Assembly (NCBI GenBank): GCA_028534125.1
Contig: CM052816.1
Span: forward strand, 8,558,001-8,622,000
Source: Lama glama
Taxonomy: Eukaryota
Length of the DNA stretch: 64,000 bases
Reading direction: 5' to 3'
Below the pieces are notes generated by a model. That model was not told the DNA's origin. It made no database searches and was given only the letters and a program-made list of their open reading frames with translations. Numbering within the stretch: the first letter of the stretch is position 1; every line of letters begins with the position of its first letter. The translations under genes and the position numbers were made by a program. This document shows, one piece after another, positions 11,770-24,923 of the stretch.

Positions 11770-12500
11770 TGGGACTGTTAAGCGATGGGACTTTGAGATT
11801 AGAAAGATCTGCATTAATTTGGGCTCAGTCACTCAACCAGCTGTGTGACCCTGGCCAAGATACTCAACCTCTCTGAGCCTTAGCTTCTTTATTTGTAAAA
11901 TGGGAACGATAAGATCATGCTTGTGAAGCAGGAGTCTTTGACCTTTTTTGAGTCATGCATGGGTTTTACTGGCAATCTGGTGGAGCCTGCAAATTCTCAA
12001 AATGTTCATGAATGCATACCGTAAAACAAATGAAATGTTTTTAAATGCAGAAAATGAAACATAGGATTAGAAAGGAAACCAATAATATAAAAATACATTA
12101 TAAAATATTAAAGAGTAAATTTATATTAAGTAGTACGACATGCTTCCTCATTACTATACGAAATAAGATCTAGTAGCAAGTGTAATCGTCACCAGTAATT
12201 TCAAAATGGTGATGAACATAAATATTTTTAGGTATCTGAAATAACTGTAATGTGATATGAAAATATCTGTGATTTCCATTGGTGACAGAATCACAGGTAC
12301 CACTAACACTTTTACAGTTTGTCACCTACATTCATAAGGGGGAGGAAATGCTAAATTTCAGTTGAAGGTTAGTAAAAATAAAGATGCAACTTTGTTTTTT
12401 CCATCCAAGTTCACAGACCGCTAAATTCTATCCCCTGGGACTAAGCAGATCAGCTGTAAAGCATTTTACACAATGCCTGGCATGCTCTGTAAATGTTCTT
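11770..12500 (+). mobile_element. MIR SINE split by a Charlie4a-like insertion
   Basis: The MIR core 'cagctgtgtgaccctggccaagatactcaacctctctgagccttagcttctttatttgtaaaatggg' runs to ~11925; the MIR tail 'tgtaaagcattttacacaatgcctggca' resumes at ~12455. Confidence 0.75.
11929..12438. mobile_element. Charlie4a-like hAT-Charlie DNA transposon
   Basis: AT-rich body with 'aatgtttttaaatgcagaaaatgaaacataggattagaaaggaaaccaat' and 'gaaaatatctgtgatttccattggtgacagaatcacagg'; CAGG...CCCTG ends. Confidence 0.75.
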
Positions 12501-12799
12501 TAGGGTAGCTGGTTTGAGCTATGACACAACACAGCCCAAGGTTCGGCCTGTGTGCTATTAGGAGTCCTCTAGGGGAGGGGTTTGGGCAGCTTTGAGCCCA
12601 TCAGGGGACTCAGGGAGGGATGTGGGTCATGCAAAGCTGTTAGGTGAGTGAGAGAAGCTCTTAAAGCTAATCCAGAAGCTTTGGGCTGGCAGAGGGTTAA
12701 GCCCCGGCTAGATATGCACTCAGGCTGCCTCAGCTCAAAGCAAGCTGTGTCCTTCCATGCATGAGCTGTGTCATCGACTGCTCTGCAAAGGGGCCCTTT

Positions 12800-13710
12800 C
12801 AAATCCTGCCTCCTTGACATCTCCACTTCGGTGGTTTATTGGCATCTCAACCTTGTGTGCAAATGGAATTCTATTTGTTCCCCAGCCAGTTTCTCTTTAG
12901 ACTTCCCAGTGTCAATTAATGGCAAATCCTTCACCCAGCTGCTCAGAAGCAGAACTTGGGGTTCCTTTCCTTCACCCTCACATTCAATCCATCAGCCAGT
13001 CCTGTCCACTTCTTGTCCAAAATACACATTCCTCTCTTCATCTCTGCAGTCACCACACTAGCTGTCACCATTTCTTACCTAGACTTTCACAATGCTGCCT
13101 GACAGGTCTCCCGCTTCCTTTCTTGCCCATCTCACCCCAAGCTGGTTGTTCCCACAGTAGCCAAAATAATCTTTAAAAAAATGTAAATCAGACCACGTCA
13201 CCTACTCCCTACTCAAAACTCTCCAAAGATTCTCCTATTGCGCTTAGGTTGAAATCCAAACATCCATGGTTTAAAAGGCCCTTGCCTTCCTGGCCAGCAT
13301 CCTCTCTTTCTTGCATGCTCATCATGCCTACCCCGCCATCCTGGCATTCTTTACATCAGTGATCAAAAACTAGTCACTGCCCCAGGGCCTTTGCACAAGC
13401 CATTTTGCACAGCTGGCTCCTTCCTGAAACTTACACCAAATGTCATCTCTTTTGAGAGGCCTTCCCTGACTACTTACTATAAAGTGGCCACCCTTCCCCA
13501 CTCTGGCATATTCTCCATCACATTGCTGCATCTTATTTCTTCATGACCCACATCACTGTCTGTAATAAACTTATTCATTCTGTTCATGAATTTTGTTATC
13601 TGCCCATCCCACCTTGAATGGAAGCTCCTGATTGCTGGGGACGAGTCTGTCTTGCTTCTAACCACATGGGCACATAGTAGGCACTCTTCAGATTTTACTG
13701 AGTGAGTTTA
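12800..13710 (+). mobile_element. L2 LINE, ~0.9 kb 3' portion
   Basis: 'ccttgacatctccacttcgg...ggcatctcaacctt', 'aaatcagaccacgtca', 'ccagggcctttgcac' and the terminal 'ggcacatagtaggcactc'. Confidence 0.85.
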
Positions 13711-14389
13711 TGTTGTGTGGGAAAATGGGCTGAGCTCTTGACATGCATTATGTCATTCAATCCTGAGAGCTGCTATTATTTCCCTTTTACAGAGGAGTAA
13801 ACTGAGGAGGCCCAGTGAGGTTCCCCAGCCAGTGGAGGGCTGTCTGACCCCAAAGCCAGATTCTTCATCACTGCATCATACTGCTTAAAATAAATCACCC
13901 CTTCCCTCTCTCCCATCCCTTCCAAAAGTCATCGCCAAACAGGAGGCAAGGGAAGGATGCTTCTATACAAAGCAGAGGTGTAGGACTGAAGTGATGGCAT
14001 CCCAGGCCTCATGATGCTGTGACCTCATCCTGCTCAGAGGCTGTTCTGCTCCTGGACTGCTCTGCCTGGGGAAGCTGGCTGGCAGGGATGTGGCACCCAC
14101 ACCTGGACTCACATTTGCCTGCAGTGCCCTGGAAACTCCCCACAGCTCCTTTCTCCTCAAATGCCTTTTCCAGGCCTCTAATCTCTAGATCAGGTTTCCA
14201 GAGCTGGGGAGTGTCCTGTGCTTTGGTCAACACCAAGGCAGAGGGGATACCTGCCTGAGAGGCTGGAGCTCTGGAATTTAGAACCACAGGACCCCAGGTA
14301 GGAAAAGACCTTGACAGCCATCTAGAGTAACTCTCCTCCTTACACTTGAACCAAACAACAGCTGCAGGTACCTCGTAGGGGTGGTTCTC

Positions 14390-14540
14390 TTTTAGCGCCA
14401 TTTCACAGATGAGGAAACTTGAGGCCCAGAGAGGTTTGCTAACTTCCTATGGGAGAAACCCAGCTAAATAAGTTGTAGAGCTGGAATGGGAACCCAGGAA
14501 ATTTGACTGCTTATGCTGTGACATTTAACCTCCATGCTAG
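14390..14540 (-). mobile_element. MIR SINE
   Basis: 'ccatttcacagatgaggaaacttgaggcccagagagg'. Confidence 0.8.
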
Positions 14541-15149
14541 AATAAGAACAAAACCCTTTTTGTTTCAGAGCCTTGCCAAGGGAGGCACAGGTGCCTGAAT
14601 TACAGAACAACAGAATGAAAGGGGCTCTCAGGCAGAACTGACTCTAAGTCTCCAATTCTCCAGGGGAGGAAACTGAGGCTTAGAGAAGGAAAGTCTCTGA
14701 CTGCCCCTCTAACCGCATCAAGCTGCCTGTGGTGAACTCCCCGTGGCCCTGGACACAAGGCAGGGTGCGCAGGCAGCACACACTGGGGATCAGGGCCCCC
14801 ACGAAGGACCCGCTCCAGGAGCACGTGCCCCTAGAGCCTGCATTCCAATCTGGTTACAGCAGGAGGGGCAGGTGCTCAGCAGACAATGCTCTATCAGCAG
14901 CAGGCGGGAGGCAGCTGCCATGTGGGGAGCTCGCCTTAAACAGAGCTCCCTGTTTCCATTTTAGCCCTGTTGCCATGGGATGAACCTGGCTGGGACAACA
15001 GCCTCCTTATATAGGGCAAAGCAAAAATCCTTGCCCCCCCTTCTCCTAATGCAAAGGCAATGGACACAGGAAAGACAAAATAAGCAATTGCTCTCAAGAG
15101 GCAAACATATCTCTGTGCCATTTTACCGCTTAGAGAATTTTCCTTGTGG

Positions 15150-15151
<2 letters not shown>

Positions 15152-15188
<37 letters not shown>
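15152..15188. repeat. (GT)n microsatellite, ~18 units
   Basis: Read directly from the sequence. Confidence 0.98.
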
Positions 15189-15191
<3 letters not shown>

Positions 15192-15503
15192 CAAACCAGA
15201 ATAAAACGCTCTAGCCTGAGTTTGATACGAGAGCTGCCACCATATGCTCCCAAGGAAGTCCCCTTGCCACCCCAGGCCTCAGTTTCCCCATATGGAGAGG
15301 TAAGAGTCAGACTTGACACTGTCTAACGTCCTTCTCTGAAATGCAGACAATCTGAAACCTTTTTCATTCATTATAGCACCAACACGTGAGTGGCAGCACC
15401 ATCAGCCAGTCCGCCTGGAAGCCCTTCCCCGAGAGACCTCACACCTCCGGGTCTCGCTCTAACACAGGCTGAATGCTAGCCCTTCCTTGATGGCTCGAAT
15501 CAT

Positions 15504-15717
15504 CAGCGGTTGGCAAACTTTTTCTGTAAAGGGCCAGACAGTAACTATTCCAGGTTTCTGAGCCATAAAACGAACTCCTCAGCCCTGGGCTTGTAGTGTG
15601 AAAGCAGCCGCAAACATGTGAACAAACAGGCACAGCTGGGTTCCAAGAGAACTTCTTTTGCAAAAACAGGCACTGCTTGGACGTGGCCCTCAGAGCCTTA
15701 GTTTGGTGACCATCCTG
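15504..15717. mobile_element. MER58A-like hAT-Charlie MITE
   Basis: 'cagcggttggcaaactttttctgtaaagggccagacagtaa...aaaaacaggc...tagtttggtgacc'. Confidence 0.85.
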
Positions 15718-16849
15718 GGACTGTCATCTTCACCACAACCCTCTCAAGGTGGTCCTTCGCTCTGACACAGGCTGCCCCTCCCCTCGCAGCTCTGGGCTTG
15801 TCAGAGCTGCCAGTCTCTGCCCTTCAAAGTCAAGACGTCCTCTCGGCAGCTGGGTCCTCGTCTTCCTGCTGGGAGTCCGCTGTCCTCAAGAAGTTCTGCT
15901 CCTCTCTGTTTAGGTACCATTTCTAATCTGCAGCGGATTGGTCAACCAGATTTCAAAGCTAAGGGCTCGATCTTAAATAAGAGTCAGTGGGCTCTGAAGG
16001 AGGCACGCCTAGGGAGCAACCGTGTCTTGGTCTCTGATAATGATTTTGGCAACCACAGGCCAGATTCCAGGAGGTGAAGGCTGCGGGATGAGGTGAGTCT
16101 GAAGCATAAGGAAACCGGGCTGTGATTTGCCCTCCCCACAGACATTTGTTGCATGGATGCCAAGTGAGGTAGTGCAGGGGCATTCTTTCAAACAAGGGGC
16201 TACTATGCTATTACTAATAGCGTGGTGGGATCTGTCTAGAGGATGTTCTGATGAACCAGCTTCCTTCCGTCTTTCCCCTGGGACTTGCTGATAGAACCAC
16301 CTCTCCCTTCTGACAGGAAAATGTCTCCTATGAGTCAGGGGCTACTCCTGGCAAGCAGAAACCACTCTCCTGCCCAGGAAGAGCTTCCCCACCTTCTCCA
16401 CCCAGTTCTTAGGAAAACAAAGAGGAAAGAGCAGGCAACAGCAGCTGCCCCCACAGGCTGTTTGCAGGGTGGGGTGGGGGGCAGGGGCTGTGTCCACCGA
16501 CCAGCAACCCCGAGGGCAGGAGGGACTGGAGGGATGGAGGCACACCCACCACCAAACCCAGTGATCTGGGCTCTGTCTTGTGTCTGATTGGATATCTGGT
16601 TCCAAGGCTGTGGTCACTGTCATTTTATCTGCGCATCTCTGAAGGTCTAGGAGAAGACATATGAACTTCTTTTTGGGGGATTCCAAGGGCAGAGCCAAGA
16701 TACCAATGGGCAAAAGTCACATTTTTTTCCATACAAGGAAGAATGTTCCAGTGAAGGCAGTGATTTCCTCTTTGCTGGGATTTACACAGAGGCTGGCAGT
16801 GCAAACTGCAAAGGCAAACCAAGCACCCAAGAATGCAGACCACTTTAAC

Positions 16850-17060
16850 TAATCAATGTGACTGTGTACCAAGTCTGTGTTCCGTTCTGGTTCTTAATCT
16901 TTCTTAGCATATTCTTTAAACCTCACATCAATCTTCAAGGTAGAAATTAGTATCCCACTTTGCAGACGGGAAAACTCAGTCACAAAGGTGGTAAGTAAGA
17001 GGCAAAAGGAGAGCAGCCGCCAGGGGTGGACCCCAGCCAGCCAGGTCCGGTGTCTCCATG
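16850..17060 (-). mobile_element. MIR SINE
   Basis: 'ttaaacctcacatcaatcttcaaggtagaaattagtatcccactttgcagacgggaaaactcag'. Confidence 0.7.
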
Positions 17061-18929
17061 ACATCGCGCTCCTTAAAGGGTACTCAGGCTCCTAGCCCCA
17101 TCCCCACTCCATCCCCAAAGTGGAATTAATTCATTCTGGGAGGTGATCTTGGCCTTTCTTTGACCCTCCCTCTGGGGAGCTGATGTGAGTTGTGAAGGGG
17201 TGGGGACCCCACATCTGAGAGGCCACAAGGAGGAATTCTGCCTCCTCCTGCCCCTATCCCATCCCTGATGGGTCAGAAATCTCCCTCGGGAGACCTGGAA
17301 GGACTCTCCACGCCAGGCCTACTTGCTAATTCCCATTTTACAGGCTCCTGCCCTGCCCCTCCCTACCCTTTACTCCAAACACCCTGAATGGTCCCACCCC
17401 AGCACCTTTGTACATGATGTTCTACCTTTCACCACTCCACCCGCTCCCACTTTCCCTAGTAAGGTGCCTTTGTTCTCTTCAAAACCCTACCCTTCCAAGT
17501 CATGCCCTAGAAACCATCTGCTCCGCTTACGCCCCTCTGTGGTTTCAAGCCCAAGGCCAGGGGATTATGATGTGTGTCCTGGGATCCTCTGGTGCCAGCA
17601 GGTGCTCGTTCACCCCATGTTTGTTGAATGAATGAAACTTTTATAGATACATCCTTTTATATTTAAACAGAAAACCACAAGGCACTGGGATACGGTCCTT
17701 CATTATCTTAATCCATAAAGGCTATAAAACTGGGGGAAAGGGGCTGCCGGACAGCAGGCCAATGACAGGAACTCTCCTGTCTCCTCTACGCTTTGGGTCT
17801 TTGGTTCAGAGCAATCAGCAGAGGGGAAAAAAAGCAGTCCTACAGTGAAAACAGTAAACTCCCTTCCAGCTCTATTATTCACTAATTACCACCCATTCTG
17901 CAGAAACTGACTTTTGCTATAAAAGAGTAGCCTCTCCAGGCAATGTAACCACAGAATCACAGCACCAGGAGACCCTGTACTGCATCGGCTCACAGCCCCA
18001 AACCAAGCAGGCAGGCTCTGGAGCCCGTGCACACCTCCAGAGACGGGGGTCATCTCTAGAAACTCTTGCACAAGAGTTCTGGGGGATCTTGGAGGGTCTC
18101 TCAGCTGCCCCAAGGGTTGAAAGTGGGGTGGCTCCGAGGGGAGTTAGGTCACACATTGCCCATAGATTGCCAGGCCCCAGTGCACAGGTGGGGTCACTGA
18201 GACCTACTCCCAACAGAAGGGAATGTGCCCAGAGTGACTGACAGAAGGCAAATCTTCAATAAGCTTTGTCACTCGTTTCTTTGTTGATTTCATCAGGTCC
18301 AAAAACAAGGGCACACATGCACTTTCAGGTGCCTCCACCCAGAATCAGAATCTCTTCCGGTTGTGCTCCATTATAATTTTCAAGCCTCAAAGGCCCCCAG
18401 AAAATGCAAGCTGCAGACCAGCTCACCCTGGATCTGGCCGGTTTGGGGCTGCGCACCACGGACAGGGAGCACAGCTGCCGGCGGGCTGTCTGCAGTGGGA
18501 AAGAGCTGGCAGAGGCACGTGAGGTGAGAGGCACACCCAGAGGGGTTACTGAGTCCAAAGTCTAGGGGCTGAGGGTGAGACAGGGTAGCTTTCACCAGGG
18601 AGGGAAGAATTTGCTCAGAGCTGATGGGGGATCATAATAAAAGATGTTGCAGAAAGAAAGGTCCTGGTCCCTTACCCAGTCCTGAGGAGGCCAGCCCATG
18701 TCCACCACTTCAAGTCCCTTTAACTTCTGCCCACATGCTCCCCCATCACCCATACTGAGTGTTTAATACGTTACCAAGCACTTCCCTTACATTATCCCAT
18801 TTACTCCCTACAATAATCTTACACAGCAGTATGATTATCGTCCCTAAGTACAGATGAGGCAATCAAGGCTCAGTAGGTAATCCCTTTCAGGTGCACTGCA
18901 TTTTACAGTTTATAGTGAGAGGCACCCTA

Positions 18930-19155
18930 ATGAAGGGATTCAAAGCAGTGACACCAGAAGCAGGCTGCCTGGGTGTGAACCCTGCTCCCACAGTTATGTG
19001 ATCTTGGGCATGTGACAATCTGTGCCTAAATGCCACTTTCTATAAAATGAGGATGACAATAGGAACTACTTCATAGAGTTATTTTGAAGATTTAATGAGG
19101 ATATAAGTCAAGCACTCAGTACAGTGCCTGGCCCATAAAGAGTGTTACTTAACTG
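18930..19155 (+). mobile_element. MIR SINE, near full length, flanked by reverse-strand MIR fragments at ~18750-18880 and ~19190-19330
   Basis: 'caggctgcctgggtgtgaaccctg...tgtgatcttgggca...ctataaaatgaggatgacaataggaactacttcatagagttattttgaagatttaatgag...agtacagtgcctggc'. Confidence 0.8.
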
Positions 19156-19459
19156 CCTGAGGTTTTTTTAAGTATGATACAATGATCTCACATTTATTAC
19201 TTCATTTGATCCTCATAACACCCTTGCTTGGTCCACAGGACTGGATCACTTGCCCCAATTTGCAGGTGAGAAAAGTGAACTTCAACAAGGAAAATGACTC
19301 CCACAAGGACACAAAGCCAGCAGCACAAGTCTCTGAATTCTCAAAAAGTACTTCCCAGGCAAGGCCCCATTTTGCATTTGTTTCTCTTTTGAGCCCTGAG
19401 GTTTCCTCCACTTGTTCTCTTGATTTATGTCTAAAGTGAGAGAGCTTAAAATAAAAAAG

Positions 19460-19645
19460 TACAGGAATGGCTACTACATGACAAACACAGCACTATCCTC
19501 AATGCCTTTGCCCCTGGCAGACACTGCTAATCAATCCTAGGCCTCTTTCCTACTGAGCCAGAGCAAAGCTTTGGACTCTCCAGCACAGTACTCTTAACAG
19601 GCATTACCAATTGATCACAGATGGTAGATGATCAAACCTTCCATT
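19460..19645. mobile_element. MER102-like hAT-Charlie element
   Basis: 'tggcagacactgctaatcaatc' is the reverse complement of the MER102 motif gattgattagcgatgtctgcca. Confidence 0.6.
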
Positions 19646-20129
19646 GTACAGAGAGAACCTTCTATCCAAACTGAGATTATTTCCAAATTTAGTTATGACT
19701 GGGAGACAAGGATGCCCACAGCCCAGTTACATTACTATATGTCAACCTCCCTTTAGATCCCTCTCATTGATTATAGTATCTCTGTGGGTAGGATGTTATC
19801 ACAGCAGCATCCATCTTTCCCTACGTCGAAGAAACTGCTCAATACAGACGTCTTGCTTAGACCTGGCCCCAGTCTCGCCATTGTGAGTGGTAAGCATATC
19901 AGCTATTGGGGGAAGCACTGGACATCAGCAGGTTTCCTCTGTGTGGTTATGGATACTGGTGAAAGCTATGGTAGGTAATTTGTTCCTAATCACATTTTAA
20001 AATTCCAACCTGGAGAACAATTTAGTTTGTAATGTAAAGCGGAGCAGTTCAGTGGGCACAGGGGTTTTTATCCCTCCACCATCTCCCTGGAGAATAATAA
20101 TGTCCCATCCTGGATCTCATGGGTCAGTG

Positions 20130-20540
20130 ATGCTGAAACCACATACACACTCTGGCTCTAGAGGTGGGCCCATGATCCAGTCCTGGGCAGAGAGTCACAT
20201 TCCCAGACATCATGACTGGCTCAGGGCTGAACATGTGTCCCCAGTCCAGACAAGAGTCAGCCCGGGATGTTAGCTGGTGCTACTGGAAAAGAAATTCTCT
20301 CCTCCTATTACAGTTGCTAAGCTGATCCATCAGTGGCCTTGTGGCTATTTTTTCCATTGCCTGAGAAGAACTTTTGTAAAAAAGGAGCCCGCACAAAGCA
20401 AAGCAGAGTTGAGAGATGGAGCTCCTGGACCCAACTGAACCTGAACCCCACATTTTCAGTTACAGGACCCAATAAGTTCCTTTTTGGAAGGTGACTTCGA
20501 GTCAGCTTCCTTTCATTTATAACCCAAACAATCCTGACAG
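20130..20540 (+). mobile_element. MLT1K/L-like ERVL-MaLR solo LTR
   Basis: 'tgactggctcagggctgaacatgtg...cccgggatgttagctgg...ttttcagttacaggacccaataagttcc...cccaaacaatcctgac'. Confidence 0.65.
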
Positions 20541-21559
20541 TTAAATACTCACATTCTGATGTGGGTGGAAAAGATCTCCAGCAGGCCCATGGCCCTTGAA
20601 GCCTCTCTTACCCATGCCACAGCTGATAAACCGAGTATGCATAGGGAAGCCAACCTATGTTCTCTTAATATGCATGTTCGGGTAAAATTTTAAAAAGTTT
20701 GAGAAATCACTGAGCTTAACCTTGTGGTTTTCTAGTGATGTCTCTTTTCTACTCTAGCCACCTAATAAAATTAGTAAGTCTTCAGCCCAGGGGGTTACTA
20801 CTCTGCTTCTGAGGCCTGGGAAGGAATTTTGCTTCTATTGGCAGAAGACCTTTATTCATTCATTTTTCATTCATTCCCTTACTCGTTTTGCTGACATTTA
20901 CTGCTGTTTGATGGTCTCCACTCCAACCCTTTGAGTTCTTCTCCATCTTTTCTATTACCTAAGACATCCCCCTCCAACTGTCTCAAATTCCAGTTTCTGC
21001 AGACAGTCAGCAGCATGCATGAAGCTGGGGTTAGACAAAAGGCCACGTCTGTGACAGGGTGCACAGGAAGGCGCCTGTGCAGATACCTGCCTCTGGATCT
21101 TGGCTGCTGCCCCTGGGGCATCTTCCTCGCAAGAATGGGTGTCAGGCTCGGTTCTTGGCTTACCTGCGCTCTGAGCCCAGCTCAGCCCAGCCCCTTGGGG
21201 AGCTAACCTCACAGATTAAGGGGGAGGGTCAGCAAAAGATTCTATACTCTGGTATCATTTAGTGGCAACCTGCACTGGGGGTGCCACAAGCCCTTGATAG
21301 TCACAATGCAAACCCACAGAGGGCTCCACCAACACACTTGGACCACTCTAGTGGCACCACTAGAGGACCCTGTGTGTGAGGAAGTGGGACTGGGATCTCA
21401 GGAGAGGCAGATTAGAGGGCAAGACCAAATACACAGCAGTCTTTCTATAAATACTTGGCACTAAAAGATAAACGAGGGGGGAATTTTTCTTAATGATAAT
21501 GATTTATGAGTCATTTGAACAGCCACGTTCTATCGTCAAATTATAAACGAAAAAGGAAG

Positions 21560-21770
21560 GGCCCATTGATTGTGTTCTTACTACGTGTTGTCAGGCATTG
21601 TGCTGTCTCATTTGTGGCAACGGAAATGAGTATCCCCACCCACTTCACAGACAAAGAAACCAAGGTTCAGAGAGGCCCAAGATCACCTGCCCAGTGACGA
21701 AGGCCAAGATTCCAATCTGGGTCTGCCTGGCTGCAAAGTCCATGCTGTTAGCCACTTCGTCTTTCTCTAT
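21560..21770 (-). mobile_element. MIR SINE
   Basis: 'cttactacgtgttgtcaggcattgtgct...cacttcacagacaaagaaaccaaggttcagagagg'. Confidence 0.75.
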
Positions 21771-23859
21771 CCTACCTTTAGCACTGGAACAACACTCAGA
21801 CAAGGATGTCTGGTCCAATCCCTGTTGTACAAACAGGAGACTGAGGCCCCAAAGGAAGAGGCCTGCTTGGGACCCAGGGTTCCTGTAGCCCTGGGTGGGG
21901 TGTCTCTCTAGACCTCCTGAACTCTGAACAGCACTATGGAGAACCTCTGTTGCCAAGAGTACACAGACACTTTCCTCTTTCCCAAACAGTCCTTTCAGTG
22001 CTAACCTGCGCTATGCATCCAGGGATGCAGCAGTAACAGAAAGATGGGTCCCACCATCCAATCAGATGAGGGAGACCCAGATCAGTGCCCAGGCGATTAG
22101 ACCACAAGGAAAAGGAACTGAGAAAAGTTCAGTCGGCTGCAGCGAGAGTCAGAGGCTCCGGAAGGGATGAGAGGAGAGGGGAGCCTCCAGGAGGATTCTG
22201 AGGACACGGTGGGGAGACTGGCCTTCGCCCCAGGATCATGGGGCTCCACTGAGGGGGTTTCTGCAGGTCAGTGACAAGACAGCTCTGGCTGCCATGTGGA
22301 GATGGGGACAACAGTGGCAGCACAAGGCCCTAATGGGCGGCTGTCTCACTGGCCAGCATGACACAGTGGCCTCTGAGTGGAAGGAAGTACGGTGAAGAGA
22401 AGTGGACAGACTGGATCTATTGTTTGCCAACGGGGCAAAATGGAGCAGGTGTGCTGATCGGCCAAGACAAAGTCCCTAACCCCACTGGTGGCCGTGCATC
22501 TCAGGGGAAATTAACCAATGGACTTCGGGGGTGTTGTGTGTGGTAGGAGGGAAACATGTGCCCCAAGGGTGAGGAGGGCTTGAGTGGGCCAACAGTCCCT
22601 CTCTCTCTGTCTCTAATTTCAGTGTGACATTGATACTGTGACCCAGGAGTTCAGTGCCCATTCTAGAACATCTACCCTAAGCACCCTGACCTTCAGTTCA
22701 TCCGACAAGCTCAGAACCACTGGCCAGGACAGCCCCACCAGCTGCCTCCACACAGCACCTTTCTTCCCTTCCTCCTCTCTGCCCCCCTCCCCACCTCTGT
22801 CCCAGCTGGCACTTGGCAGCCCTCAGAATCCCTGCTGGGAGTCAGGAGGGAATGTTGAGCATCTGGCCAGAGCCCAGGCCGGCCCTGTGGGTTCACATTA
22901 GGGCACCTGCCTAACGTGCAGGACCCTGAAGCATGCCACCCTGTGATTGGTTGGCAAGGCCAGACATGGGGCCATCCCTGAACCCAGGACCGCGTGATCC
23001 CAAATCCCAGCTATAAATAGATGAGAACCTGTCAGCCCCCCTGCCCATACTCTGCCTCCCCTCCCTCTTGGCCAAGAATGAAAGGACGCCTTGAAATGAT
23101 GAAGAGGCCCAAATATCCAGCTCAGCTGCTCTGGACCCAAACCTCCTGCTGATCTCAGGGAAAATACTCCATCCTCTGGAAATGTAGGAATCTGTCAAGC
23201 CGAGGGCCCCCTCAGCCCACATCTTGCTTCTATCCCCAATAACTATCCTGGTATAGTCACTGTTTCCAGCCCCCAGATTTCTGAGTCATTTCGGTCACAC
23301 TTTAATATACTGCTACCAACAAGGCATTCATTAAGAACTCACTGCTTAGGGAGGAGGGTGCAGGTGTGCACTGGTCTTTACAGAAATGTTTATTTTTTCA
23401 GAGCTTCTTCATAGCTTTTAGGATATTAGGCCAACCCTCACCCCTTATCTTACACGAAAGGAATGGGCTTTACCCAAGGTCACATGGTAAACGGGTAGCG
23501 GAGCAGAGACCAACTCACAGGCCAGTGCTTCCCACAGCCCATAGGTAATCATGAGCCTTAATCCTAGCCCAACACCACTTGGGTTTTTGCTATGCCGTAC
23601 CAATGGCCTGGGGTGCCCTTCTCGCTTCTCTCTTCTCCTCTTAATCTCTCTCCTCCTTCTTGGACTCAGCCCTTTACCACTTCCATCAACAGGCTTTCCC
23701 AGTCATTTAATTTAGCTCACAGCTGTCCTGACCCCCACTCCACACCAACACATGCACTTCCATTAATGCATTTAGTGAGTCACTTGTTTGGTGCTGACCA
23801 AGAATGGCATCAGTAATTATTTTCCTTTATGTCGGGGTAGCTAATAGAATCTCTCTCAT

Positions 23860-24012
23860 AAGCCAAATATACGTTAGTAGTAGCTGTCATCATATGGGTA
23901 AGGGTTAAGAGGCCATAGCCAAGATCTGCAGAAGAGAGCATGGTGATTGATTAGTGATGTCTGCCTCGGCAAGAGACGATGTCAGCACTCACACTAGGTT
24001 TTGCCATTTCTG
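23860..24012. mobile_element. MER102-like element, opposite orientation to the 19.5 kb copy
   Basis: 'agagcatggtgattgattagtgatgtctgcc...ttttgccatttctg'. Confidence 0.6.
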
Positions 24013-24835
24013 CTTTAGTATTTACTCTTCACTCTGCTGCCCCCAAAGACTAAATTCAGCTCGGCTACAAAGATCAGTCAGCTTGAGCTGTGAGAATAGG
24101 GATTCCCCACTCCCTGCCTGCCACCAAATGTCAGGACGGTGGCAAGTGAAACATGGCAATTATCCCTTGCTCACATCTGTGGCTGCACCACACAAAGGAC
24201 TCCATCGCCTCAGCCAACCTGGACAATAAGCCTGAGAGGCAGACAGGTACTCTCTCTGCTTTTCACATAAGGAAAATGAGGCATGTGGAGGGCAACTGTC
24301 TCAGGACTATGCTACAGACGTTGGACCTGAACCCAGGTCACAGAATGGCAGCCATCCAGAACCAGCAAGAATCATCCAGTCCAATGCTTCAAAGGACAAA
24401 GCACAGTCAACCTGCCAGGTTATCAGCCCACCTAACCTCTCATACCTCCCATGATAGAAACGCCCTACCACCCAAGGCAGGCCAGCTCATTCCATCTGGG
24501 ACAGTTCTAGACGTTTGGAAAGCTCCTTCTTATCCTGAGCTGGAGCCTCTCCTTATGACCTCCATTCTCCAGTGCCACCTCTCTCCCATGTCATATATTT
24601 GCAGGTAGCTCTCATGCCCTCCCTGGAATCTGGTGTCCTCTGGGTTGCACACTTTGTAGCGCCTGACATTTGGAAGAGCACCTGGTTTAGAGTCATCTTG
24701 TTTTTTGTTCCTTTCTCTGACAGCACATCCGTTTGCTGACTTTGTTGACAGAACCATCTCCCCCTTAGTTCTAGATGCCAGACTTCTACTAATATAGCCA
24801 AATGTTCCAGACTATCAATAATTTTCTGAGATTCA

Positions 24836-24923
24836 GGGGCGGGGGTAGAGCTCACTGGTAGAATGCATGCATAGTGTGCACAGGGTCCTGGGTTTAATCC
24901 CCAGGACCGCCATTAAAAAAAAT
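24836..24923 (+). mobile_element. tRNA-derived camelid SINE (Vic-1-like), short form
   Basis: A-box-like 'tagagctcactggtaga' and B-box-like 'gggtttaatccc', then an A tail. The 19 bp TSD matches at 17/19 (24817-24835 vs 24924-24942). Confidence 0.85.

Noticed and set aside
15005..15015. CArG-like CCTTATATAGG
   Set aside because: It has seven A/T bases between CC and GG instead of six, so it is not a canonical SRF site.
24836..24912. tRNA-like sequences (also 36735-36810)
   Set aside because: They have degenerate A/B boxes, A-rich tails and TSDs, so they are SINEs rather than tRNA genes.
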